Origin: Calditrichales bacterium
GTDB taxonomy: Bacteria > Calditrichota > Calditrichia > Calditrichales > J004
DNA length: 64,000 bases
Direction: 5' to 3'
Assembly: GCA_965267575.1 (NCBI GenBank)
Contig: OZ254086.1
Coordinates: 960,001 to 1,024,000 of the forward strand
Shown: piece after piece, positions 56,401 through 64,000 of the stretch
Layout: the number at the start of each line of letters is the position of its first letter
How positions within the stretch are numbered: position 1 is the stretch's first letter
The notes under the pieces: generated by a model
The model's database searches: none
Told to the model about the DNA's origin: nothing
What the model saw: the letters and a program-made list of their open reading frames with translations, nothing else
Program-made: the position numbers and the translations under genes

Positions 56401-58908
56401 CTAAAAGTTGTAATTCAATTCCAGGTAAAAATAGTTCGATCGTTTGCGGTTCCACTCGGTGCCGTATTTCTTGCCGGGCTCCGGATTGCTGACATTGTTA
56501 AACGAGACGTTGCCGATGGGCCGGTGGAAATCGCCGGTGTATTTAAGACGCATTGAAAGAAAGCTGTTCAGCCGCGCGTATAGCGAAAGCCAGTATCTCA
56601 TGGCGCCACGCTGACTATCCACCACCACGAACTGCGTATCTTCAAAATTCCAGAAGAAGCCCTTGTAAAAATAGAGCTGTCCGCTCAGCTTGAGAAAATT
56701 GTTGAAGTTATGCTCCAGCCCGGCGCCAAAAGCTTCGCCATCCAGGTTGATGTCGCCAAATACGCGCGGACGCGGATGCACGGTTACATTGCCGCGCGAA
56801 TAGATCAACTCCAGCCGGTCAAAATTGGAGAGACGGGCGCGGACACGGGCACGAAATTCGTTGCTGTTAAAAAAGCGCAGCGTGGTGTTGTTTTCCTCGT
56901 CGCGGGATTGCCATTTCTGGCGCAGTTGTATCTGCAGCGGGAAAATCGGGCGGTAATCGACGGTACCGACGAGACGGTACTGGCTGGCCTGATCGGCTTT
57001 GCGCACCCAGTTGTCATACTCCATACGCGCAATAACCTGGCGGGTGAGCTGATAATAGGTGCTCAGGTAAAAGCCCTCTTCTGCCTGCGGCTGTGGCGCG
57101 TTGGTATAAAGCTGGCCGTATAGCGACGATTGCAGATAGTAGTAATCCTCAAATATGGTGCCTTTGAAACGGCGGTAGTTGGAGAACGACCGCTGATAGG
57201 GATTGTCGAACCCGACATCATAGTTGCGGTACAGGCCCAGCAGGTTAAAACTGGGGAACTGCACATAACTGGCCAGCACCAGCGCTTTGGGATCATCGCC
57301 CAGCTTGAGCGCGCTGCCGCCTTTGTCCAGCTCGCCCCACTCGCCCATAAAAGCGACGTTGTCAATCACCGTCTGGAAATCAAAGCCGTAAACGCGGCGG
57401 AATGATTTGGCTTCATCCCAGAAGGGGTTGCTGCCGCGGGAAACGGGGCCGCCGTAGCTCTGCTTGATCTCGCTGTCGGCCGTTACCTGGCGCCTGGTCC
57501 AGTTGTCTTCAGAGGTGATCTCTTCCGGCTCGGGATTGAGATAGCGGTCGTAGGCGCTTTCGTAGTAAGAGACGCCCAGCCAGGTGCCCGGCAGGAAATC
57601 ATACTGCAGATGGCCGCCGTAGGTCAGCTCCTTCACCGCATCAAGCCAGGAAAGGTCCAGGTCCGCCGGTGAACGGGCTTCATCATCCGGGGCATACTCA
57701 AAGCGCTGATCCAGCACGATAAACTGGCTGAAAGAGCGGCCCAGCGAAGAATCGCTGATCGTCTTGTTGAGGATGGCGTCACGGTCGTCCATGGAGACAA
57801 AACCGATGGCGCTGAAGTTGCCGTAGCCCATTTCCGCGGCGGTTCCGTAAAGCGTGTACTGTCGGGTACGCGAGTTGTCGCCGCTGATGCCGTTAAAGCG
57901 CTTGCGGAAGCCAAACCCCGATTTGCGCGGCGAAAAGAAATCGGTATTTTCCATGACGATACCCTGGCCGAAGGAGACGCTGTAGTTACCAAGGTACAGT
58001 TTGCGCAGCTGGAAATCCCCGGCCTGCACATCTTCGACGCCGGCAAACCACTTCATCTCCGGAAGCTGCAACGCGCCGTCATTCACGTAGTAAACCGGCT
58101 CCCCGATGTAGCGATTATATGAAAAACCGAATTTATATCTCTGATCGTAGGAGAAACGGCCCTTGATGTACTGGTTGGGCTGGGTGTTGGTATCCTCCAC
58201 GTAGCTGGCGCCCTGGTCGGGCAGCAGCACTTCGGCGCTGGCCTCGCTCTCATCGGCAAAAAACGGTGTGTCATCGATGCGCATGGTCAGGTGGCCGTGT
58301 AATTTCTTGTCGTCCTCGTGATCGTCATAAACGACAAAGTTGCGCGCGTTGGAGTAGCCGTAGTAGGAGAGTCCCGGTATGCCGCGCATATCACGCTGGT
58401 TGCGGATACCGCCGGTCTGTTCGCGGAAGTTGATCAGCGCCACGGCGTCCACCGGCGACACATTTTGCAGGTTGATCAGCTCATCGTAGCGGGCTTTGTT
58501 GACATTAAGCGGCTCCAGCACTTTCTCGATCCACAGATCGATGAAGGCGTCGTTGGTGCCTTCGTTGCTGCTCCACTGGTCCAGGCGAAAATAGACCTGC
58601 TCGATGCGCTCCTGCGTGCTGCTGATTTCGCGGAAAGGTTCCACGCGCAACAGCGGCTTAAGCTCAAGAAAAAGCTGCTGATCCACGCCTTCAATATTTT
58701 TCAGATCGTAAATATTATCAAGATCCCCGCGGTAGGTGATGTAGTCGTAGATGCGCTGCGCCATCTGCTCATCCAGCGGCAGCCCGCGTATTTGCTCCAG
58801 CGTGGCATTGTTTATATCTAGACGGTTCCGGTCGGAATAGACCGTTTCCTGGGCCGCCAGCGGTAAAGCAATCGCGATAAAAAATAAAAGTATTAAAACG
58901 TATTTCAT
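56401..58908 (-). CDS. ComEA-type helix-hairpin-helix domains fused to a predicted outer-membrane beta-barrel
   Basis: LDINNATLEQIRGLP...DLKNIEGV and LNVNKARYDELINLQNV...RGIPGL; LGNYSVSFGQGIV; C-terminal beta-signal YLELNYNF. Confidence 0.8.
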   Translation of the reverse strand: MKYVLILLFFIAIALPLAAQETVYSDRNRLDINNATLEQIRGLPLDEQMAQRIYDYITYRGDLDNIYDLKNIEGVDQQLFLELKPLLRVEPFREISSTQERIEQVYFRLDQWSSNEGTNDAFIDLWIEKVLEPLNVNKARYDELINLQNVSPVDAVALINFREQTGGIRNQRDMRGIPGLSYYGYSNARNFVVYDDHEDDKKLHGHLTMRIDDTPFFADESEASAEVLLPDQGASYVEDTNTQPNQYIKGRFSYDQRYKFGFSYNRYIGEPVYYVNDGALQLPEMKWFAGVEDVQAGDFQLRKLYLGNYSVSFGQGIVMENTDFFSPRKSGFGFRKRFNGISGDNSRTRQYTLYGTAAEMGYGNFSAIGFVSMDDRDAILNKTISDSSLGRSFSQFIVLDQRFEYAPDDEARSPADLDLSWLDAVKELTYGGHLQYDFLPGTWLGVSYYESAYDRYLNPEPEEITSEDNWTRRQVTADSEIKQSYGGPVSRGSNPFWDEAKSFRRVYGFDFQTVIDNVAFMGEWGELDKGGSALKLGDDPKALVLASYVQFPSFNLLGLYRNYDVGFDNPYQRSFSNYRRFKGTIFEDYYYLQSSLYGQLYTNAPQPQAEEGFYLSTYYQLTRQVIARMEYDNWVRKADQASQYRLVGTVDYRPIFPLQIQLRQKWQSRDEENNTTLRFFNSNEFRARVRARLSNFDRLELIYSRGNVTVHPRPRVFGDINLDGEAFGAGLEHNFNNFLKLSGQLYFYKGFFWNFEDTQFVVVDSQRGAMRYWLSLYARLNSFLSMRLKYTGDFHRPIGNVSFNNVSNPEPGKKYGTEWNRKRSNYFYLELNYNF

Positions 58909-58917
58909 AAAAGCCTG

Positions 58918-59376
58918 TTAGTCGAATCGGTTTCCAAAGTTGTCCGGTTTGGGAGTGCCGGCATGTTCATTCAGGGTAATGCGGCGCCACTCCATTTTGC
59001 CGCTGCGGCCAAAGTTTAGCAGAATGCCTTTTTCCAGTTTGGTGGCCTTGAGTACCTGGTTCATCAGTATCATGTCTTCGCGCGTGAGGCGGCCCACATT
59101 GCGGATAAACACCACCACCTCGTTAAAGATCAGGAAATCCGCGCGGAAGGTTTGGGCCAGCTCGCGCTCTTTGTAAAAAATTTTCAGCTCCACGTTCTGC
59201 TCGAAAGGAATGTCCCTTTCATCAAACTCCACGCGCAGAGCCTCGTTGTAAACGGCCTCCGGAAATCCGGGTCCTAAAATGTTGTGGACGTCTATGGCCG
59301 CGCCAATGGTCTTGTATGCTTCATCCTTAAATTCATCTTCCTGCCGTGATCCGGGCTTATCAAAAGGAGATAACAT
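58918..59376 (-). CDS. GxxExxY family protein
   Basis: IGAAIDVHNILGPGFPEAVYNEAL, FRADFLI, GILLNFG. Confidence 0.9.
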   Translation of the reverse strand: MLSPFDKPGSRQEDEFKDEAYKTIGAAIDVHNILGPGFPEAVYNEALRVEFDERDIPFEQNVELKIFYKERELAQTFRADFLIFNEVVVFIRNVGRLTREDMILMNQVLKATKLEKGILLNFGRSGKMEWRRITLNEHAGTPKPDNFGNRFD

Positions 59377-59449
59377 AATGAATCCTGATAGTTTAAATGA
59401 TACATGATATCAAATCTTCCATTCGCATTTTCTAATCAAATTTGTCCTG

Positions 59450-60325
59450 CTACATCTCGTATGTAATACTGAAACTATGTGTCTCGCTTAATGTGGGATG
59501 ATTGCGAAAACTGTAATCCAGTCTGAATCCCTCGTAGTTTATACCGGCGCCCGCGCTGAAACGGCTCGGCTGCGTGCTGGCGCCCAGACGCAGAGCCAGC
59601 ATCTCGATCAGCTGGAACTCAAAACCCGCCTCGTACTGCGTGTCAAAACCAAGGGCTTTGTTCATGCTCAACGATGTGGTCAGTCCGGTATAGGGTTTAT
59701 AGGCCGCGCCGATAACAATGCGCCGGGGCAGCTCGCGCTCGCTCTCCACGCCAATGGTGGGCGCGTTAAGATTGTACAAATACATGCCAATGTAGGTGCG
59801 CTTGTAAATAGAAGCCTGCATGCCCACGTCCACGCCAAAAGCACCGCTGGCGCCAAGGTCCGTGCCGCCAACCGACTCGCCCAGGTCCCAGTAATAATAT
59901 TTCAGGCTGTAGCCGATGGAGAGGCTGGTGTGAATATCGTTGAGCAGGTAAAAGCCGTGCGATAAAGCCGCCACATATTCCTTGCTGACATCTTCGCCCT
60001 TGTAGCGCACACCAAAATTTTCCACGGAGAGTGATGCCGCGCCGTAGGACGGATCAAATCGCTGCAGCGGGATAACGGCGCTGCCGAAGACGGAACTAAA
60101 AAAGCTGTAATTAAACGGCTTCTGGTAAGCCAGTCCGGCCTGATAGGTTTCAATCTGCGCAAGGCCTGCCGGATTGTACCACGGCGCCCAGGCATCGTTG
60201 GCCACGGCCACAAACGCATTACTCATGCCGCTTGCCCGCGCCGAGGGATAGCGGTCGTCAAAGACACCGGCGCTGAGCAGGGTTACGATCGATAAAATTA
60301 CAAAGAAAACGCGTTTCAACATCAT
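59450..60325 (-). CDS. PorV/PorP-like outer-membrane barrel
   Basis: SARASGMSNAFVAVANDAWAPWYNPAGLA; DVG...YNLNAP; LDYSF..HPTLSETHSFSI. Confidence 0.78.
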   Translation of the reverse strand: MMLKRVFFVILSIVTLLSAGVFDDRYPSARASGMSNAFVAVANDAWAPWYNPAGLAQIETYQAGLAYQKPFNYSFFSSVFGSAVIPLQRFDPSYGAASLSVENFGVRYKGEDVSKEYVAALSHGFYLLNDIHTSLSIGYSLKYYYWDLGESVGGTDLGASGAFGVDVGMQASIYKRTYIGMYLYNLNAPTIGVESERELPRRIVIGAAYKPYTGLTTSLSMNKALGFDTQYEAGFEFQLIEMLALRLGASTQPSRFSAGAGINYEGFRLDYSFRNHPTLSETHSFSITYEM

Positions 60326-60349
60326 TGTTTGTCCTTATTTGGTTGCGCC

Positions 60350-63300
60350 TTAGCGTGAAAGCAATGTACCCACAACGACGGGCGCTACTTTTGTGGTCTT
60401 CTTGCCGCTGTTTTCGTTCACCACTTCAAGGTGGATGATATAGGTGCCAAGCTGCACCAGCTCGCCAAACTGATTGCGGCCGTCCCAGGGGAAAACCGAC
60501 TCCAGCGGTACACCGGCATCATCGAGAAGTGTCGCAACAAGCCTGCCGCCGAGATCGTAGATGCGCAGAGTGATCCGTGTATCGCCGGGACCCGCGCTGT
60601 AGGTAATGGGGAACGTATCATCGATTTCCGGCGCGAACGGTTTGGGCGGCACATCCAGAATCACCGGCGCCTCACTGAGGTCGAGCAGGCTTATATCTTC
60701 ATCATAGCCCAGCAGGATCTGTCCGGCATTGCTGAAAATACCGTGCGACCCGGTTACCTCAACCAAATCACCCACTTCGTAGGCGCTTACGTCAACACCC
60801 GTTGTATTCCAGACACGCACGGTAACAGCCTGCTGACCGCCATCGCGCACAACGATATTGGTACCGCCGCCGGCGCTGAACAGGTCCTGAATTATGCCGG
60901 TTACCCGCACCCATGAACCTTCATAAGTCGTTTCACTGGCCTGGGCCGTAGTCAGTTCAATCGGATCGGGTATAGGCGCGTCACGGCGCAAAACCGTCAC
61001 CTCGTAGTCTGTGATTTCAAGAATCCCGTTGAATTCTTCCAGCACGCCGGTCATCAGCACTTCGTTGCCGCGTTCAATGGCCGGATCAAGTCCGCCGGGT
61101 CTGAACACATTGATGCCGGCACCGCTCTCATCCGCCAGGTAGGCGCTGGTAAAATCATTACGTAAAATGCCCGCGCCGATTACGACCACGCCTTTGATCG
61201 TAACCGTGCTGTTTACCGGACGGTTGCGCGCTTCGGATATGGGCGTGAAGTCAATGGCTGTGCCACTGCCCACTGTGACCAGCGGCGATACGGCAATCTC
61301 CCGGAGCGTGCCGCCGCTGCCGGCAGTACGCACGGTGAAGGTGGAAACCGTATCTGCATCCGGGGCGGTTAAATTGTTCAGTACGAGGGAACCGGGAAAA
61401 TCTTCCGCCAGCGAGGCGCCCTGCAGCTCCACGCGGTTACCGTTGATGCTCACGGTTGCCGAGACGAACGCGCCACCCGTCGTTACATCGGCGCTGCTCT
61501 GCGACCAGTTCCAGTATGAAGGAACGTCCAGCGTGATCTGCGTTACCTCGTCCATGGCGTTGGCGGCAAAGGCAAAGGTCAGAGCCACCTGCTCCGCTTT
61601 GTTGACATTTTCAGGCGTCACGCTCACGACGCCGCTGCCATCCACGGGCGTATCGATGGAGCCGGCAAAAATATCTTCCTGGTAGGCCAAAAGCAGTTGC
61701 GCCGCTTCGTTGAAAATATCAATCACCGCGCGCACGCCGACCGTGTCACCGACAGCGTAGCTGCTCAGGTCAACGCCGGTGGTATTCCAGGCGCGAACGA
61801 CGATGGAGCCCGTGCCATCTTCAATGGTGACGTTGGTGCCGCCGCCCACTTCAAATATATCGTTGATAACCCCGGCGGTTTCAATCATCGTGCCTTCAAG
61901 GGAAATATTCCTGGCCTCGGCGATTGTCACATTGGCAACGGACGGCACGTCCTCGCCCGTAGCAATAATTTCATTTATTGTAAAATTGGATATCTGCGTG
62001 GTGGCAAAATCATCATCAGGCGGGAACTCACCAATGGTGCCGGTGATGCGAATGCGGTTGCCGCGGGCCAGGTCGGTCTCACGATCCTCGGCTGTTCCGC
62101 TTTCGAAAGCGTTGATACCACGTCCCGAAGCGTCCTGGATATAGGCATCGGTATGATCGGTGCGTGTAACGTTGGCGCCGATGGCCACAACCGCCTCCAG
62201 CGTGACCACTTGGCCGTTATAGGTATCAAAATCGTTCTGGATATCGGCGATGCTGAGGGGCGCGATAACCTGCACCTGCGGCTGATTCGAAATGGGTGTG
62301 AGTGTGCCGCCGGAAGTGGCGCTGCTAACCCGGAAAGTGGATAAAACGGTCACGGATGGGGTGGTCAGGTTGCTGATTTGCAGAACACCCTGCTGGCCGG
62401 AGGTTAACTGTGCGCTTCCCACGTTGATCGTATCATCGTTGACGGAGACGCTGGCCGAGCTGAAACCGTCTCCACTCAGGGTAACGGCGCTGCTGTTTTG
62501 CGGCCAGGCCCAGTTGGCGGGAACAACAAGCTGCAGGTTTGTCAATGTGTAAGGATCTTCGCCCGCGGCGTTAAACTCCAGCAACACCTGTGTGGCGGCA
62601 TCCACCGTATCGGGATTGACGCTCACGGTACCGCTTCCGTCACCCGCCACTTCACTGAAGCTGCCCGGGGAGGGACCTGCCGTGCGCAGGCTTTGCGACC
62701 AGGCTTCGCTGGTTTCGTCGTGCCCGCTGACGCCGTTGCCGCCGCTGCTGTTTTCGTTGCTTTCGGTTACACCGTTACGCTGCAGGCTCTGCCCGCCGGT
62801 TGGCGTGGCCGGCGCATCCTGCGAGCCGACGGCTGTTTCCGCGTTGTAGGAAGAAGCATCACTGTCGCCGTCCGGCCCGTCGATGCTCACGCCGCTTTTG
62901 TCCGTCCAGCGGCTGCTGAAAAAGGAGAGTCCCCACGGGATGTAATCAATATCCTGCACCAGGTCGCTTTGGCCGTCCCATTGGAACAATACAATCATGG
63001 CGCTGCTTTCCAGCTTGGCCGCCCCGCCGATGTAAAGGCCGTTCATGTCGGCTACGGCAGCGTCCGTTCCAAGTATCTCAAAATCGGGCGCGCTGCCAAA
63101 AGCCGATGTGAAGGCGGCGCCGTCCAATGCCACAACAACATTGGCGCCGGCAGCCAGATTCTGCGCCGGAAAACGCACCAGGAAATGGGCGCTGTTGTTG
63201 GAGTATTGTCCGTTTACGCTGTTGTAGTAGGTGTTGTAATTGGCCAGGTAAACATCGCTGAGATCGACGGCCTGGCTTGTGGGGTTATAGATTTCTACAA

Positions 63301-63409
63301 AGGTTTTGCCCTGTTCGGTGGAGGAAGGAATCATCACTTCGCTGATCAGCAGGTGGTCTTGCGCGAGGAGATAAAACGGCAGAAGCAGGACCGGAATTAA
63401 TTTTCGCAT
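60350..63409 (-). CDS. Secreted lamin-tail + repeated Ig/OB-fold protein with FlgD-Ig-type CTD
   Basis: LLISEV..FVEIYNPTSQAVDLS (LTD); two units starting DGSGxVSV; OB-like AYIQDASGRGI..RGNRIRITG and AYLADESGAGI..RGNEVLMTG; C-terminal LRIYDLGGRLVATL..WDGRN..GTYIIHL. Confidence 0.78.
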   Translation of the reverse strand: MRKLIPVLLLPFYLLAQDHLLISEVMIPSSTEQGKTFVEIYNPTSQAVDLSDVYLANYNTYYNSVNGQYSNNSAHFLVRFPAQNLAAGANVVVALDGAAFTSAFGSAPDFEILGTDAAVADMNGLYIGGAAKLESSAMIVLFQWDGQSDLVQDIDYIPWGLSFFSSRWTDKSGVSIDGPDGDSDASSYNAETAVGSQDAPATPTGGQSLQRNGVTESNENSSGGNGVSGHDETSEAWSQSLRTAGPSPGSFSEVAGDGSGTVSVNPDTVDAATQVLLEFNAAGEDPYTLTNLQLVVPANWAWPQNSSAVTLSGDGFSSASVSVNDDTINVGSAQLTSGQQGVLQISNLTTPSVTVLSTFRVSSATSGGTLTPISNQPQVQVIAPLSIADIQNDFDTYNGQVVTLEAVVAIGANVTRTDHTDAYIQDASGRGINAFESGTAEDRETDLARGNRIRITGTIGEFPPDDDFATTQISNFTINEIIATGEDVPSVANVTIAEARNISLEGTMIETAGVINDIFEVGGGTNVTIEDGTGSIVVRAWNTTGVDLSSYAVGDTVGVRAVIDIFNEAAQLLLAYQEDIFAGSIDTPVDGSGVVSVTPENVNKAEQVALTFAFAANAMDEVTQITLDVPSYWNWSQSSADVTTGGAFVSATVSINGNRVELQGASLAEDFPGSLVLNNLTAPDADTVSTFTVRTAGSGGTLREIAVSPLVTVGSGTAIDFTPISEARNRPVNSTVTIKGVVVIGAGILRNDFTSAYLADESGAGINVFRPGGLDPAIERGNEVLMTGVLEEFNGILEITDYEVTVLRRDAPIPDPIELTTAQASETTYEGSWVRVTGIIQDLFSAGGGTNIVVRDGGQQAVTVRVWNTTGVDVSAYEVGDLVEVTGSHGIFSNAGQILLGYDEDISLLDLSEAPVILDVPPKPFAPEIDDTFPITYSAGPGDTRITLRIYDLGGRLVATLLDDAGVPLESVFPWDGRNQFGELVQLGTYIIHLEVVNENSGKKTTKVAPVVVGTLLSR

Positions 63410-63456
63410 GCATTTCTCCGAAATTTCACGTGGCCAGATTAATGAAAAAGAGTGTC

Positions 63457-63485
63457 AATTTAGAACCACCAAAAAATAAAATCAA
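63457..63485 (-). promoter_or_regulatory. Possible sigma-70 promoter for the 63409-53502 operon
   Basis: Minus strand TTGATT-N17-TAAATT. Confidence 0.35.
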
Positions 63486-63510
63486 GCAAACTTGAGCTTT
63501 CTTTCACCTG

Positions 63511-64000
63511 TCAGCGCCAGCGCACAAACACAAACAAGTCGCGCAGGTTTGTTTCTGTCGGCCCTGTTTTAATCAGAGCGTTAAGCTTCTCAAAAAGCGG
63601 GTAACTATCGTTGTTTTTCAGGGCTGCCTCAAACTGGCGCAGCTGCTGCGTGCTGCCTGTCCGGATTGTTTCATCGAGAAATGCTCCGGCAGCGTCAGTC
63701 GGCCCGTCGATTCCATCGGTACCGAAGCAGAGCGCCAGCCACTCACCTTGCAGCCGGGATTGTGCCGCCAGCGCGAATCCGCAAAGCAGTTCCATGCAGC
63801 GCCCGCCTTTGCCGCTGCCACGCACTTTTACGGTGGTTTCTCCACCGGCAACCAGTGCCGTGCCTCCGTGACAATCGGCCAAAAAATGGGCCAGCTCACG
63901 ACCCTGGCGCCTGGCCTCGCCCTGTAGCTCATGGGGATAAAACTCGGCCCTGATATGATGCCTGTGCAGAAAATTGAATGCGGCAAAGCGCGCATCTTCG
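63511..64000 (-). CDS. Glycerate 2-kinase (MOFRL family), 3' part; starts beyond the right edge
   Basis: LQGEAR, GGETTVKVRGSGKGGR, GTDGIDGPTDAAGA, NNDSY, TGPTETNLRD; frame is open to 64000. Confidence 0.88.
   Translation of the reverse strand, partial: EDARFAAFNFLHRHHIRAEFYPHELQGEARRQGRELAHFLADCHGGTALVAGGETTVKVRGSGKGGRCMELLCGFALAAQSRLQGEWLALCFGTDGIDGPTDAAGAFLDETIRTGSTQQLRQFEAALKNNDSYPLFEKLNALIKTGPTETNLRDLFVFVRWR

Overview
Moderate-GC bacterial chromosome segment with no rRNA, tRNA, CRISPR or transposase seen. The many secreted proteins with 'NYPNPFNP' C-terminal sorting domains, PorV-like barrels and SusD-less TonB receptors suggest an FCB-group lineage such as Calditrichaeota, KSB1 or Ignavibacteria (inference). 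Four blocks stand out. (1) 0.9-36 kb, minus strand: a large beta-glucan utilisation locus with two GH5, three GH16, a GH3, CBM proteins, two SSS transporters, a CotH kinase and a TonB receptor. It has no SusD and instead carries a TBDR / large secreted protein / PorV-like / foldase-like module. Its two main operons each have a sigma-54-type promoter with tandem TTATCA-N3-TGATAA palindromes, next to an SBP-histidine kinase-NtrC system and a HlyD-VTC-DUF4956 module. (2) 36.5-42.9 kb, plus strand: an SPFH protein followed by a 1794-aa fusion of two class I/II aminotransferase folds to a highly divergent PEP-carboxylase-like domain, the most unusual gene here. (3) 43-53 kb: mixed genes (GWxTD protein, TBDR/DUF4249, REC-PAS-HisKA, MnmD, EEP nuclease, HIT, TPR). 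(4) 53.5-63.4 kb: a candidate extracellular nucleic-acid harvesting operon (OB-fold surface protein, PorV-like barrel, ComEA-HhH/barrel fusion, second barrel, 5'-nucleotidase). All family calls come from motif recognition by eye; no searches were run.
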